DNA from: an uncultured Bacillaceae bacterium
GTDB lineage: Bacteria; Bacillota; Bacilli; Bacillales; Bacillaceae_C
NCBI GenBank assembly: GCA_963748745.1
Contig: CAVVKR010000016.1
Coordinates: 49,829-113,828, forward strand
Direction of reading: 5' to 3'
Length of the DNA: 64,000 nt
The notes under the pieces are model-generated. The model had not been told where the DNA came from. It was given only the letters and a program-made list of their open reading frames with translations, and did no database searches. Shown here one piece after another: positions 13,887 through 25,203 of this stretch (the first letter of the stretch is position 1; every line of letters begins with the position of its first letter). The position numbers were made by a program, and so were the translations under genes.

Positions 13887-15794
13887 ATGCAGACCTATGA
13901 AGCAGGAAATTATGATCTCATTGTCATCGGTGCCGGCCATGCTGGCTGTGAAGCTGGATTAGCAGCTGCCCGCATGGGTGTAAAAACGTTAATCATTACA
14001 TTGAATCTCGATATGGTAGCTTTTATGCCGTGTAATCCCTCAATTGGCGGACCAGCCAAAGGAGTGGTCGTCCGGGAAATTGACGCTCTAGGCGGTGAAA
14101 TGGGTAAAAACATTGATAAAACATATATTCAAATGAGAATGTTGAACACGAGAAAAGGACCAGCTGTTCGAGCATTACGTGCGCAGGCAGATAAGTCTCA
14201 ATATCAAGTAGAAATGAAAAAAACGCTGGAAAATCAAAAAAACCTTACATTATTGCAAGGGATGGTCGAACAACTTGTCGTTGAAGACGGTGTTTGTAAG
14301 GGGGTTATCACGCAAACAGGAGCAATCTATCATTCAAAAGCAGTAGTTATCACAACAGGTACATTTCTACGAGGTGAAATTATTCTCGGTGAATTAAAAT
14401 ATTCAAGTGGTCCTAATAATCAGCAACCATCCATTAAACTATCCGAAAACTTAGAGGAACTAGGTTTTGAACTTGTACGGTTTAAAACAGGTACACCAAT
14501 GCGGGTAAATAGTAATACGGTTGATTATAGTAAAACAACCATTCAACCTGGTGATAAAGAACCGCGGTCATTTAGCTATGAAACGACCGAATATATTACT
14601 GATCAATTACCATGTTGGTTAACATATACAAATGAAAAAACGCATTCAATCATTGATGAAAATTTACATCGTTCCCCAATGTTTTCTGGTGCTATTAAGG
14701 GAACTGGTGCCCGATATTGTCCATCGATAGAGGATAAAGTTGTTCGCTTTAATGATAAGCCACGCCACCAGATTTTCCTTGAACCTGAAGGCCGTGACAC
14801 GGAGGAAGTGTATGTCCAAGGATTATCAACGAGCTTACCTGAGGATGTACAACGGCAGCTTCTTAAAACAGTTCCAGGCCTGGAAAAAGCACAATTAATG
14901 CGCGCAGGATATGCAATTGAATATGACGCTTTCGTCCCGACCCAATTATGGCCGACGATGGAAACGAAAAAGATAAAGAACCTTTATTCTGCAGGACAAA
15001 TTAATGGAACATCTGGTTATGAAGAAGCGGCAAGCCAAGGTCTTATGGCAGGTATTAATGCTGCTAGAAGAATCCAAGGTAAAGAAGAAATTATTCTAAG
15101 TCGTTCCGATGCTTATATCGGTGTGTTAATTGATGATCTTGTGACAAAAGGAACGAATGAACCATACAGACTCTTAACATCAAGAGCGGAATATCGTTTG
15201 TTACTTCGCCATGATAATGCTGATCTTAGACTGACGGATCTTGGTTATGAAATTGGCTTAATTTCAGATGAACGCTATGAAGCTTTTCTTCGCAAAAAGG
15301 AAGCAATTGAAAAAACAAAAGAAAAATTAAAAACAATCATTTTAAAGCCGAATAAAGAAACGCAAACGATCATTAAAAATGCTGGTGGCAGTCCATTGAA
15401 AGATGGAATTCGTCCCGCAGATCTATTAAAACGACCGGAAATGAATTTTGCTCATATTAAACAATTGCTTCCGGAATTTGCGGACATTGCCAAAGATGTA
15501 GAAGAACAGGTTGAAATTCAAATTAAATATGAGGGCTACATTGAAAAATCATTACAGCATGTGGAAAAACTCAAAAATATGGAAAACAAAAAAATCCCTG
15601 ATAATATTGATTTTGATGCCATTAATGGCTTGGCAACAGAAGCACGTCAAAAATTGAAAAAAATTCGCCCGCTGTCACTTGCTCAAGCTGCACGGATTTC
15701 AGGGGTTAATCCATCAGATATTTCAATCTTGCTTGTTTACATTGAACAAGGAAAAATTGCAAGAGTAGAGGAAAATGAAGTGAATGAAGCTTAA
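13887..15794 (+). CDS. mnmG: tRNA uridine 5-carboxymethylaminomethyl modification enzyme MnmG (GidA)
   Basis: Start at the ATG at 13887 after AAGGAGG ([23 protein letters not shown], the FAD-binding motif). Full-length GidA-like sequence. Confidence 0.96.
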   Translation: MQTYEAGNYDLIVIGAGHAGCEAGLAAARMGVKTLIITLNLDMVAFMPCNPSIGGPAKGVVVREIDALGGEMGKNIDKTYIQMRMLNTRKGPAVRALRAQADKSQYQVEMKKTLENQKNLTLLQGMVEQLVVEDGVCKGVITQTGAIYHSKAVVITTGTFLRGEIILGELKYSSGPNNQQPSIKLSENLEELGFELVRFKTGTPMRVNSNTVDYSKTTIQPGDKEPRSFSYETTEYITDQLPCWLTYTNEKTHSIIDENLHRSPMFSGAIKGTGARYCPSIEDKVVRFNDKPRHQIFLEPEGRDTEEVYVQGLSTSLPEDVQRQLLKTVPGLEKAQLMRAGYAIEYDAFVPTQLWPTMETKKIKNLYSAGQINGTSGYEEAASQGLMAGINAARRIQGKEEIILSRSDAYIGVLIDDLVTKGTNEPYRLLTSRAEYRLLLRHDNADLRLTDLGYEIGLISDERYEAFLRKKEAIEKTKEKLKTIILKPNKETQTIIKNAGGSPLKDGIRPADLLKRPEMNFAHIKQLLPEFADIAKDVEEQVEIQIKYEGYIEKSLQHVEKLKNMENKKIPDNIDFDAINGLATEARQKLKKIRPLSLAQAARISGVNPSDISILLVYIEQGKIARVEENEVNEA

Positions 15795-15809
15795 GAGAGG
15801 ATTTTATCA

Positions 15810-16526
15810 ATGAATATTGAGCAGTTTTCCAACCGGTTAGGTGAGAATGGCATTGCACTCTCACCTGACCAATTACAACAATTTGAAACATATTATCAAA
15901 TGCTAGTGGAATGGAATAAAAAAATGAATTTAACCGCTATAACAGATAAAGAAGAAGTGTATTTAAAACATTTTTATGACTCCATGACAGCTGCGTTTTA
16001 TTTTGACTTTACAAAGTCAATGACCCTTTGCGATGTTGGAGCAGGTGCAGGATTTCCTAGTATTCCACTGAAGATTATTTCTCCGGAAATACATATTACG
16101 ATCGTTGATGCACTGAAAAAAAGAACGAGATTTTTACAAGAACTTGTACAAGCATTACAGTTAAAAAATGTGACTCTCTACCATGATCGTGCTGAAACAT
16201 TTGCAAAAAGGCAACAACACCGTGAAAAATATGATGTTGTAACTGCTAGAGCAGTTGCTAGAATGTCGGTATTAAGCGAATTATGTTTACCATTAGTGAA
16301 AAACAGTGGTTATTTCGTTGCAATGAAAGCATCTAGTGCAAAGGAAGAGTTAACAACAGCCAAAAAAGCAATTAAAACTATGGGGGGAAAATTAGAAAAG
16401 GTTCACTCCTTCACATTGCCTTATGAAGAGAGCGAGCGGAACATTATTATGATTCGAAAAGTAAAGCGAACACCTAAAAAATATCCACGTAAACCAGGAA
16501 CACCGAATAAGTCACCAATAGAATAA
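15810..16526 (+). CDS. rsmG: 16S rRNA (guanine527-N7)-methyltransferase RsmG (GidB)
   Basis: 238 aa with the SAM motif [15 protein letters not shown]. It follows mnmG. Confidence 0.94.
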   Translation: MNIEQFSNRLGENGIALSPDQLQQFETYYQMLVEWNKKMNLTAITDKEEVYLKHFYDSMTAAFYFDFTKSMTLCDVGAGAGFPSIPLKIISPEIHITIVDALKKRTRFLQELVQALQLKNVTLYHDRAETFAKRQQHREKYDVVTARAVARMSVLSELCLPLVKNSGYFVAMKASSAKEELTTAKKAIKTMGGKLEKVHSFTLPYEESERNIIMIRKVKRTPKKYPRKPGTPNKSPIE

Positions 16527-16642
16527 TGAAAAATTCGCTACAACAATGTAAAATAAAGAAGAAAGTTGTAATGGATATTGCAGGAACTTACTTTAACATA
16601 GAGAATAAGTAATAAGGGATATTCCTAAGGGGGTGAAGGAAG

Positions 16643-17518
16643 ATGAAGCATCCTTTCTCTCGCTTTTTTGGTTTAGGTGACAAGGAAGAGCAGCAGAAGA
16701 AAGACACCGATTCGGAACAATCGAATGTGAAAGACACAACAAATGAAGAGATCAAACAAATTGAAGTTGCAAATATTATTCCTAATAGATATCAACCACG
16801 AACTATTTTCAACGAAGAAAAAATAGAAGAATTAGCTCGGACTATTCATACACATGGAATTATTCAACCGATTATCGTCCGTAAAATTGAAAATGGTCAG
16901 TTTGAAATTATAGCTGGGGAGCGTCGCTTTCGTGCAGTCAAATTACTAGAATGGAAGACGGTTCCGGCAATTATTAAAGACTTTAATGATACTGAAACGG
17001 CTTCTGTCGCTTTAATTGAGAACTTACAACGTGAGGAATTATCACCTATTGAAGAAGCAATGGCATATTATCAATTAATAGACCTCCACCATTTAACACA
17101 AGAAGCCCTGGCTCAGCGCTTGGGAAAGGGACAATCTACTATAGCCAATAAGCTTCGTCTGCTTAAGCTACCACAAGAAATACAAGACGGTATCTTGGAA
17201 AAAGAAATTACAGAGCGCCATGCTCGCGCTTTAATGCCATTAAAAGATCCGAAATTACAAATACAATTATTTAAAGACATTATTGAAAAAAAATTAAATG
17301 TAAAGCAGACAGAAGAGCGCGTAGCAAAGTTATTAAATAAAACTAAACGTAAGCCGAAACCACGTAGAGTGGCGTTTAGTAAAGATATGCGAATCGCCGT
17401 CAATACGATTAGACAATCTTTATCAATGGTATCTGATAGCGGGATTCAACTCGATTCAGAAGAAAAGGAACTAGATGATTGTTATCAAATTACCATTAGA
17501 ATTCCGAAGAATAAATAA
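16643..17518 (+). CDS. noc: Nucleoid occlusion protein Noc (ParB family)
   Basis: [13 protein letters not shown]-terminus and the ParB box GERRFRA. Close to my recollection of B. subtilis Noc across its length. Located upstream of soj and spo0J. Confidence 0.93.
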   Translation: MKHPFSRFFGLGDKEEQQKKDTDSEQSNVKDTTNEEIKQIEVANIIPNRYQPRTIFNEEKIEELARTIHTHGIIQPIIVRKIENGQFEIIAGERRFRAVKLLEWKTVPAIIKDFNDTETASVALIENLQREELSPIEEAMAYYQLIDLHHLTQEALAQRLGKGQSTIANKLRLLKLPQEIQDGILEKEITERHARALMPLKDPKLQIQLFKDIIEKKLNVKQTEERVAKLLNKTKRKPKPRRVAFSKDMRIAVNTIRQSLSMVSDSGIQLDSEEKELDDCYQITIRIPKNK

Positions 17519-17544
17519 GCAATATTTGCTAAATATATAGGTTT

Positions 17545-17585
17545 GATTCCCACAAGTACTTGTGGGAATCATTCCATTTTATTTT
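17545..17585 (+). terminator. Terminator after noc
   Basis: Perfect 26-nt palindrome gattcccacaagtacttgtgggaatc, followed by T-rich sequence. Confidence 0.75.
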
Positions 17586-17795
17586 AAAAGCAAACCTGTT
17601 GTCATTCCACTTGGTTTTTCCTCAATTACCTTACGAGAGGCATTCCGTTAACCCTCAAAATAACTCATACCCTACAGGAAAATGAATCATAAAAAATATG
17701 AAAAAGGATTTTTTAAAATAAAAGTTAAACTATCTATCTTATTTTTTGTTAAAATAGAATACATGATTGTTAATTTAAAAGGAAGTTGAAAGTAG

Positions 17796-18566
17796 GTGTC
17801 ATCATTGGGAAAAATTATTTCCATCGCCAATCAAAAAGGAGGTGTAGGTAAAACAACAACCTCCGTCAACTTGGGAGCCTGCTTAGCACATATTGGGCAA
17901 AAGGTGCTACTTGTGGATACTGACCCCCAAGGAAATGCAACAAGCGGTGTTGGTATTGATAAAGGAGATGTACAACATTGCATATATAATGTGTTAGTGG
18001 AAGATAAAGATGTAGAAGATGTCATCATAACGACCCAAATAGATAGGCTTGATGTTATTCCTGCAACTATCCAGCTTGCAGGAGCAGAGATTGAGCTTGT
18101 TCCTACTATTTCCAGAGAAGTGCGCTTAAAAGGAGCGTTAGAGTCTGTAAAAGAAAATTATGATTATATTATCATTGACTGTCCACCTTCATTAGGTTTG
18201 TTGACAATTAATGCTCTAACAGCTTCACACTCTGTTTTAATTCCTGTCCAATGTGAATATTATGCATTAGAAGGGCTTAGTCAACTACTAAACACAGTAA
18301 GATTAGTACAAAAGCATTTAAATAACACTTTAATGATTGAAGGCGTATTGCTGACAATGTTAGATGCGCGTACAAATTTAGGTATCCAAGTGATTGAAGA
18401 GGTAAAAAAGTATTTTCAAAACAAAGTGTATCAAACAATTATTCCTCGTAATGTTCGTTTGAGTGAAGCACCAAGCCATGGTAAGCCAATTATCATTTAT
18501 GATCCAAAGTCGCGAGGTGCCGAAGTTTACTTAGATTTGGCAAAGGAAGTGGTGTCCAATGGTTAA
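17796..18566 (+). CDS. soj: Chromosome partitioning ATPase Soj (ParA)
   Basis: Deviant Walker [12 protein letters not shown]. 256 aa. The 3' end overlaps the spo0J start. Confidence 0.95.
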   Translation: MSSLGKIISIANQKGGVGKTTTSVNLGACLAHIGQKVLLVDTDPQGNATSGVGIDKGDVQHCIYNVLVEDKDVEDVIITTQIDRLDVIPATIQLAGAEIELVPTISREVRLKGALESVKENYDYIIIDCPPSLGLLTINALTASHSVLIPVQCEYYALEGLSQLLNTVRLVQKHLNNTLMIEGVLLTMLDARTNLGIQVIEEVKKYFQNKVYQTIIPRNVRLSEAPSHGKPIIIYDPKSRGAEVYLDLAKEVVSNG

Positions 18567-19410
18567 AGGACTCGGAAAAGGAATTAACGCTTTGTTTGGA
18601 GATATCGAAGTAGGCAATGAAGAGACAGTTCAAGAAGTAGATGTAACGGAATTACGTCCTAACCCATATCAACCGCGTAAATTTTTTGATGAAGAGGGAA
18701 TGGAAGAACTGACAAAGTCTATTATGCAACATGGGATACTGCAACCGATCATCGTTAGAAGAAGCATAAAAGGATATGAGATTGTCGTAGGCGAACGGCG
18801 TTACCGAGCTGCTAAGGCCGCTAACTTAAAGAAGGTGCCAGTCGTTGTTCGAGATATGGACGAGCAGGAAATGATGGAATTAGCTGTTCTCGAAAACCTC
18901 CAAAGAGAGGATCTCACTCCAATTGAAGAAGCAGAAGCTTATCAAACGCTAATCGAACGTCTCGATTTAACGCAAGAGCAATTAGCAAAGCGCCTTGGAA
19001 AAAGTCGTCCACATATTGCTAACCATCTTCGCTTACTCTCATTACCAACAAAGATATTAAACTATATTTCAGACGGAAAACTATCGATGGGACATGGGAG
19101 AACATTACTAGGTTTAAAACAAAAAGAAAAGATCGAACCACTCGCCCAAAAAGTAGTGAAAGAAAACTTAAATGTTCGCCAACTAGAGAAAATGGTGAAT
19201 GAACTAAATAAAAATGTTTCACGTGAAACAAAAAGGCGGAAGAAAGAAAAAAAGGATATATACATCCGTGAGTATGAAGATCATTTACGCGATAAGTTTG
19301 GTACAACAGTAAAAATAAAGCAACTAAGTAATAAAGGGAAAATTGAAATTGAGTTTCTTACGAAAGATGATCTAGAACGCATATTGGAGATTATGAATCA
19401 CAATAATTAA
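18559..19410 (+). CDS. spo0J: Chromosome partitioning protein Spo0J (ParB)
   Basis: ParB motifs ([18 protein letters not shown]), an HTH region, and an internal parS site. Confidence 0.95.
   Translation: MVKGLGKGINALFGDIEVGNEETVQEVDVTELRPNPYQPRKFFDEEGMEELTKSIMQHGILQPIIVRRSIKGYEIVVGERRYRAAKAANLKKVPVVVRDMDEQEMMELAVLENLQREDLTPIEEAEAYQTLIERLDLTQEQLAKRLGKSRPHIANHLRLLSLPTKILNYISDGKLSMGHGRTLLGLKQKEKIEPLAQKVVKENLNVRQLEKMVNELNKNVSRETKRRKKEKKDIYIREYEDHLRDKFGTTVKIKQLSNKGKIEIEFLTKDDLERILEIMNHNN
19215..19230. promoter_or_regulatory. parS: parS centromere site inside spo0J
   Basis: Perfect 16-bp palindrome TGTTTCACGTGAAACA, matching the Firmicute parS consensus. Confidence 0.9.
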
Positions 19411-19733
19411 AAATATAACTGTATCGTCAAGCATGTCATTCAATCAAAGCAGCTGTTCTGACATGAAAAGGTCGTTTCACAACTACATTCTTAATATTTT
19501 TATAGTCATTGCCAAGAGCGGATTTGAGTAGATATTTTTAAAGGAGTTTATTCAATTCAAAGTACAGGTAAAGATATGCTAACTCTTAATTAGTAAAAAA
19601 TAGCCTTATCGATAATGATTAATGATCTAACATTTTAATCATATAACACGATAGACATTATATCATTACGAGGAAATAGAAATGAATCGATCGTTAAGCA
19701 GGTATTACTCATTTGTTCGCTTGTCGTTGTCCT

Positions 19734-20360
19734 TTATAGAGAAGAAATCTCTTTTTCATCATTATGATCATTACGATCAATGGAAAGAAGGGTATGTTTT
19801 TGTTTATTGGTGATACTTGCTGTATAGATGCCTTCTGCAATTTTCTTTGCCATGTTCATAGTAATACTTAACCGAGTATTTTGTAAGACGACAAATTCCA
19901 TGAAACCGCCCATATTCACAATTCCTGTAATATGTATATGGCCGACATGTGGTAACTTCTTTCGTACCCCTGCACCAGGTTTCAATGGGCCATCTATAAT
20001 TTGAATGTTACCGACATTTTTCATTCTTCCAAGACATGCATCAACTGCAATAATAAAAGGATTTTCATATTTTCGATGAATAGACTCGATCTTTTCTACC
20101 AAATTAACTGCGTGAATCGGATCATCCAATGTACCATAAATATGAAAAGGGCAAGTGTCTTTTTCCATCAGCATTGATCCGATAATCGGCCCCAATGCGT
20201 CACCAGTAGAGCGATCAGTTCCTACACAGACAATAAGAACAGGCCGATTATTATCATTAGGTAAAAAAACATTTAAGTAAGCTGCTATTTTTTCACTAAT
20301 ATTTTCGCTTTGAAAGTGCATATTAAATAATGTATTACGTGTTCCTTTACGGGCACTCAT
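19734..20360 (-). CDS. yyaC: YyaC-family putative sporulation protease (GPR-like)
   Basis: Start chosen at the ATG at 20360 after GGAGGAGG. CVGTDRSTGDALGP and DACLG motifs are typical of YyaC. It lies opposite spo0J as in B. subtilis. Confidence 0.85.
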   Translation of the reverse strand: MSARKGTRNTLFNMHFQSENISEKIAAYLNVFLPNDNNRPVLIVCVGTDRSTGDALGPIIGSMLMEKDTCPFHIYGTLDDPIHAVNLVEKIESIHRKYENPFIIAVDACLGRMKNVGNIQIIDGPLKPGAGVRKKLPHVGHIHITGIVNMGGFMEFVVLQNTRLSITMNMAKKIAEGIYTASITNKQKHTLLSIDRNDHNDEKEISSL

Positions 20361-20582
20361 GTTGTCGTCCTCCTCCACATATTCGTACTCACATTATACG
20401 ATTAACAGACATTTTCTATACATATGTTTATGAAAAAGATAATGAATCCTTTTCTATCTTTATAAAAGTCTTTATTCTGTGAAAAATGTGTTTAAATTGC
20501 TAATATATAAGTGTTAAGATGAGATGTATTGAGGCATACCAGATCTGTAAATAGACAGTATTTCATGATGGAGGGATTCGAG

Positions 20583-20780
20583 ATGAGCAAAAAAGAATTT
20601 GACCTATATGATATTGTCGAAATGAAAAAACAACATCCATGTGGGACGAATCGTTGGAAGATCATTCGAATGGGGATGGATATTAGAATTAAATGTGAAG
20701 GATGCAAGCATAGTGTCATGTTACCGCGAAAAGAGTTTACACGGAAAATGAAGAAGGTCCTTGTTAAGCATGAGGAGTAA
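20583..20780 (+). CDS. yyzM: DUF951 small protein (YyzM-like)
   Basis: Start at 20583 after GGAGGG. MSKKEFDLYDIVEMKKQHPCGTNRWKIIRMGMDIRIKCEGCKHSVMLPRKEF matches the DUF951 family. Confidence 0.85.
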   Translation: MSKKEFDLYDIVEMKKQHPCGTNRWKIIRMGMDIRIKCEGCKHSVMLPRKEFTRKMKKVLVKHEE

Positions 20781-21045
20781 ACTCATGCTCTTTTTAATAG
20801 CAATCATTTAAATGATTCATTTTCTAAAAGTGAAATGACAAAAAAGAGGGACAAGTGAGAAGACTTGTCTTTTTTTCATTTAAAACCTATAATTATCAAT
20901 GTTTACTTACGTTTTTTGCAGTTTTGTCTCCAAATCTACCTTGGAGAGTGATGATTGATATGCATGGAAATCAAAATCGCTTTGCTTTATGGTTGAACGA
21001 TAAAATGCTAATAGAATAAATAGCTTTAGAGGAGTGGCAAAATAA

Positions 21046-22146
21046 ATGTCTCTTACAGCCGGAATCGTTGGTTTACCGAATGTCGGTAAATCAACTTTAT
21101 TTAATGCAATTACAAAAGCAGGTGCAGAATCGGCTAACTATCCTTTCTGTACGATTGACCCAAATGTTGGTATTGTAGAAGTTCCAGATGATCGTTTAGA
21201 AAAACTAACTGAGCTTGTCGAACCGAAAAAGACAGTTCCAACTGCCTTTGAATTTACTGATATTGCAGGGATTGTAAAAGGTGCAAGCAAAGGTGAAGGT
21301 TTAGGAAATAAGTTTCTATCTCATATTCGTCAAGTAGATGCTATTTGTCATGTTGTTCGTTGTTTTGCAGACGATAATATTACGCACGTATCTGGAAAGG
21401 TAAGCCCCCTTGATGATATTGAAACAATTAATTTGGAACTCATTTTAGCTGATCTTGAAACGGTTGATAAGCGTTTTGATAAAGTAGAAAAAATGGCAAA
21501 ACAAAAAGATAAAGAAGCACAAGCTGAATTTGAAGTGTTATCTAAATTAAAAGAAGCGTTTGAAGCAGAAAAACCAGCACGGGCCATTCATTTTACCGAG
21601 GATGAAATGAAAATTGTTCATGGACTTCATTTATTAACAAGCAAGCCTGTTCTGTATGCAGCTAATGTTTCCGAAGATGACATAGCCGATCCATCTAGCA
21701 ATGAACTTGTTGAACAAGTTCGTCAATTTGCAAAAGATGAGAACGCAGAAGTGATTGTTGTTTGTGCAAAAATAGAAGAAGAAATTGCAGAATTAGATGA
21801 TGATGAAAAAGCATTGTTTCTCGAAGAGTTAGGCATTGAAGAATCAGGGTTAGATCAACTTATCCGAGCTACTTATCGACTACTTGGACTTGCAACATAC
21901 TTTACAGCCGGTGTCCAAGAGGTAAGAGCATGGACATTCCGCGAAGGGATGAAAGCACCAGAATGTGCAGGCATTATTCACACTGACTTTGAACGTGGCT
22001 TTATCCGTGCAGAAGCTGTCTCTTATGACGACTTAGTTGAAGCAGGTTCGATGGCAGCTGCACGCGAAGCAGGCAAAGTCAGACTGGAAGGAAAAGATTA
22101 TATTGTCCAAGACGGTGATATTCTCCATTTCCGTTTTAATGTGTAA
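21046..22146 (+). CDS. ychF: Redox-regulated ribosome-binding ATPase YchF
   Basis: 366 aa with GLPNVGKSTLFNA and DIAGIVKGAS, and a C-terminal TGS-like domain. Confidence 0.95.
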   Translation: MSLTAGIVGLPNVGKSTLFNAITKAGAESANYPFCTIDPNVGIVEVPDDRLEKLTELVEPKKTVPTAFEFTDIAGIVKGASKGEGLGNKFLSHIRQVDAICHVVRCFADDNITHVSGKVSPLDDIETINLELILADLETVDKRFDKVEKMAKQKDKEAQAEFEVLSKLKEAFEAEKPARAIHFTEDEMKIVHGLHLLTSKPVLYAANVSEDDIADPSSNELVEQVRQFAKDENAEVIVVCAKIEEEIAELDDDEKALFLEELGIEESGLDQLIRATYRLLGLATYFTAGVQEVRAWTFREGMKAPECAGIIHTDFERGFIRAEAVSYDDLVEAGSMAAAREAGKVRLEGKDYIVQDGDILHFRFNV

Positions 22147-22154
22147 TGTGTTTA

Positions 22155-22185
22155 AGAGGCAGAAAAAATTTCTGCCTCTTTTTTA
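22155..22185 (+). terminator. Terminator after ychF
   Basis: agaggcaga/tctgcctct stem followed by TTTTT. Confidence 0.8.
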
Positions 22186-22449
22186 GTGAAATCATCCATC
22201 GAGCCATAACAAAGGAAAAAGATATGTCGTTAGATACTTCAAGAGGGTGAACTTCCCTTTATGGAACCATCCGTAAGCTGGTGTGAGAGGTCGCTGAATC
22301 AATTAATGATTCATCACCTGCGCGATTTCGTCAAGCTTGTCTCCTTGTTGCTTATTAATAATTAAGTTTTGTTGACTGGGTCGCTTTTCTAAATCGCTTC
22401 GTTGCGATGGTTAGTTTTAGAAGTGAACGTTTTTTTTATTTAATAATAA

Positions 22450-22559
22450 TTGCTAATTAGCTACTACTGTGTTATAATTTCAAAATGCGAGTAATGAATA
22501 CATTGCTCCTTGCCCTTTTCAGATAAGGGCCGTATAGACCACAAGGAGGTGACTGATAG
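22450..22559 (+). promoter_or_regulatory. rpsF promoter and structured 5' leader that sequesters the SD
   Basis: TTGCTA, 17 nt, then TATAAT (22450-22478). In the leader, ctccttg pairs with caaggag (the SD) around an inner hairpin ccctt/aaggg. This is consistent with the S6:S18-responsive rpsF leader described in Firmicutes. Confidence 0.55.
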
Positions 22560-22847
22560 ATGAATAAGTATGAAATTATGTACATCATCCGTCCAGATAT
22601 TGATGAGGAAGAGAAAAAAACTCTCGTAGAACATTTCGATAGTATTTTAACTTCTGAAGGTGCGGAAATTATTGAATCAAAAGAGTGGGGTAAACGTCGT
22701 TTAGCATATGAGATTGATGAGTATCGTGATGGTATTTACCAAATCGTGAATCTGAAATCTAGCCCAAAAGCAGTTCAAGAATTTGAACGTCTTGCGAAAA
22801 TTAGCGACGACATTATCCGTCACATGGTTGTTAAAGAGGACGAATAA
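22560..22847 (+). CDS. rpsF: 30S ribosomal protein S6
   Basis: 95 aa. [17 protein letters not shown]... is a typical S6 N-terminus. First gene of the rpsF-ssb-rpsR operon. Confidence 0.96.
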   Translation: MNKYEIMYIIRPDIDEEEKKTLVEHFDSILTSEGAEIIESKEWGKRRLAYEIDEYRDGIYQIVNLKSSPKAVQEFERLAKISDDIIRHMVVKEDE

Positions 22848-22861
22848 AATGAAACATCAAA

Positions 22862-22877
22862 TGTTTCACGTGAAACA
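22862..22877. promoter_or_regulatory. parS: parS site in the rpsF-ssb intergenic spacer
   Basis: Perfect TGTTTCACGTGAAACA, identical to the site in spo0J. An extra GAAACAT half-site lies at 22851-22857. Confidence 0.85.
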
Positions 22878-22904
22878 TGAATAAAATGAAAGGGGTTGAT
22901 TCTG

Positions 22905-23400
22905 ATGATGAACCGTGTTGTTTTAGTGGGTAGGTTAACAAAAGACCCAGATTTGCGCTACACACCGAATGGCGTCCCGGTTGCTTCGTTTACGCTTGCT
23001 GTTAACCGTAATTTTACGAATAGGCAAGGAGAGAGAGAAGCAGATTTCATCAATTGTGTCGTTTGGAGAAGACAGGCAGAAAATGTGGCCAACTATTTGA
23101 AAAAAGGTAGTTTGGCAGGAGTTGATGGTCGCATCCAAACTCGTAATTTCGAAGGACAAGATGGGAGACGCGTCTATATAACAGAGGTGGTAGCCGAAAG
23201 TGTGCAGTTTTTAGAACCGAAATCAACTACGGTTGAAAGAAGTGGCGGATTCGAAGCGCACGGAGGAGCTGGGCAAGGAAATATGGACAACCCGTTTAAT
23301 CAGAATCAACGAGATCGAGAAATATACACGTATGAATGAAGATCCTTTTTCACAAGATGGGGAACCTATTGATATCTCCGATGATGATCTTCCATTTTAA
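22905..23400 (+). pseudogene. ssb: Single-stranded DNA-binding protein, with the 3' end out of frame as assembled
   Basis: The OB-fold part is intact ([24 protein letters not shown]...). The annotated frame stops at 23339. The hallmark acidic tail EDPFSQDGEPIDISDDDLPF* is encoded in the next frame and ends at 23400. The total length is 3n+1. Confidence 0.9.
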
Positions 23401-23444
23401 TAGAACGTTTATAAAAATGATAAGATAAAGGAGGGCTGTTCTCG

Positions 23445-23681
23445 ATGGCTAATGGACGTAGAGGTGGCCGTAGACGTCGTAAAGTATGTTACTTTACTGC
23501 AAACGGTATTACACATATCGATTATAAAGATGTCGAGCTTTTGCAAAGATTTATTTCTGAACGTGGAAAAATTTTACCACGCCGTGTGACAGGAACAAGC
23601 GCAAAATATCAACGTAAATTAACGAAAGCTATTAAGCGCGCACGTCAAATGGCATTATTACCATTTGTTTCAGGCGAATAA
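23445..23681 (+). CDS. rpsR: 30S ribosomal protein S18
   Basis: 78 aa with [45 protein letters not shown]. Confidence 0.96.
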   Translation: MANGRRGGRRRRKVCYFTANGITHIDYKDVELLQRFISERGKILPRRVTGTSAKYQRKLTKAIKRARQMALLPFVSGE

Positions 23682-23691
23682 TAAAATGATT

Positions 23692-23730
23692 AACAGCGGG
23701 GTCTTTTATCTCGCTGTTTTTTATTTTTTA
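23692..23730 (+). terminator. Terminator after rpsR
   Basis: aacagcggg/ctcgctgtt stem followed by TTTTTATTTTTT. Confidence 0.75.
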
Positions 23731-24236
23731 TTGAATATTACAATTCATTACAACTGCATATATTTAATTCATATCGAATATTAAATGATTGCACGAATGA
23801 CATTGATATTGTTTTGCCAATACTATACATAGTCTTTTAAAAACAGAGTTAGACCGTATTTTTTATTTTAAACAGCATCCACATAAGGTCCACTATGTAA
23901 GTAGGTCATTTTTAGGATGTACATTATCATTTGATTCACCAAAGGTCCATTATTGTGTGTAACGCTATGCTTATTGAATCATGATGATGTAATATAGTTA
24001 TTTATGAAGAGTGATCAATATCGTGAAAAAACTTTATCACCATCTCTTTTAAAAAAATGTGAAAAAATAGATTTGTTATCTGAAACAATGAATGTTCATC
24101 ATGATGAATATACCAATGATGATATTTTCGCGATAAAAAGTGAAATCGTTGAACAGTCAATTATTCATCGTTAAAATAGAGTAATATCATATATATTAGA
24201 GATAATTGAAAGATAACCATAACTTGAGGTGAAAAG

Positions 24237-25175
24237 ATGAATAAAACGCGGACATTAACGGAAGGGGCAATTATGCTCGCTCTATTTGCGATATTATTGT
24301 TCATTTCAATATATGTGCCAATCATTTCACTAGTATCGATTTTATTCCTGCCACTACCATTTATTATTTATAGTAGAAAATATGCTTTAAAGCACTCTTT
24401 ACTTTTGTTTATTGCAGCAGTTTTTACAAGTAGCTTTGTTGGGACGATTTTATCTGTACCATTTGCTTTTTTATTCGGTTTAACAGGAATAGTGATTGGC
24501 TACTTCCTAAAGAAAAGCAAGGGCGTTTTACCAGTTTTTATCGCTGGAAGTTTTACTTTCTTAATCAATTTGTTATTGATATACATAGGGATAATCACAT
24601 TACTTGATATTGACTTGTCTGCAGCTTTTCAAGAATATAAAGAACCAAGCTATAAAACAAGCGAAAGCAATGTTCCATGCGGTCGGACAAACACCAGATG
24701 CAAAGACTGTTTGAAGAGTTGGATGCTACAATTTCGTTATTAAAAACTTTAACACCTAGTATATTGGTCTTTTCTTCATTTTTCACAGTATTAGTGATTT
24801 TACTCGTGCAATATCCTATATTGAAACGGTTGAAGTTAGAAATTCCTGAGTGGCACTCTTTTCCAATTGCAATTACCTAAAAGCTTATTATGGTATTATT
24901 TATTTACGCTTATTTTCATGTTAGTGTTAGATATGGAAGAGGGTACATACTTATATAATGCATTGCTCAATCTTTATTTTTTGCTAACAAATACTATACT
25001 ATTGTTCAAGGATTATCATTTATTTATTTTTATGGATATGTGAAAAAATGGCCAAAAGCGATCCCAATAATTATTACTATCTTGTCACCAATATTGTCCT
25101 CTCTTGCTTAGAATTTTAGGTATAATCGATTTAGGTTTTAATTCCGGGAGCACATCTTGAGACGAAATCATAGCG
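24237..25175 (+). pseudogene. yybS: YybS-family membrane protein (DUF2232), multiply frameshifted
   Basis: The N-terminal 130 aa are intact. From about 24640 the conserved reading (KNQAIKQAKAMFHAVGQTPDAK / FEELDATISLLKTLTPSILVFSSFF...) hops between frames. The 3' end coordinate is approximate. Confidence 0.75.
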
Positions 25176-25203
25176 ATTATTTCATGTTTTAGGAGCTGAA
25201 GCT

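Noticed and set aside
16527-19733. Noc-binding sites (ATTTCCCGGGAAAT-like palindromes) around noc, soj and spo0J.
   Set aside because: I found no convincing match by eye. The palindrome at 17545-17570 is a terminator, not an NBS.
24005-24174. 56-aa ORF (MKSDQYREKTLSPSLLKKCEKIDLL...) in the rpsR-yybS intergenic region.
   Set aside because: It has no Shine-Dalgarno sequence upstream and no family I recognise, and it sits in very AT-rich DNA. There is too little evidence to call a gene.
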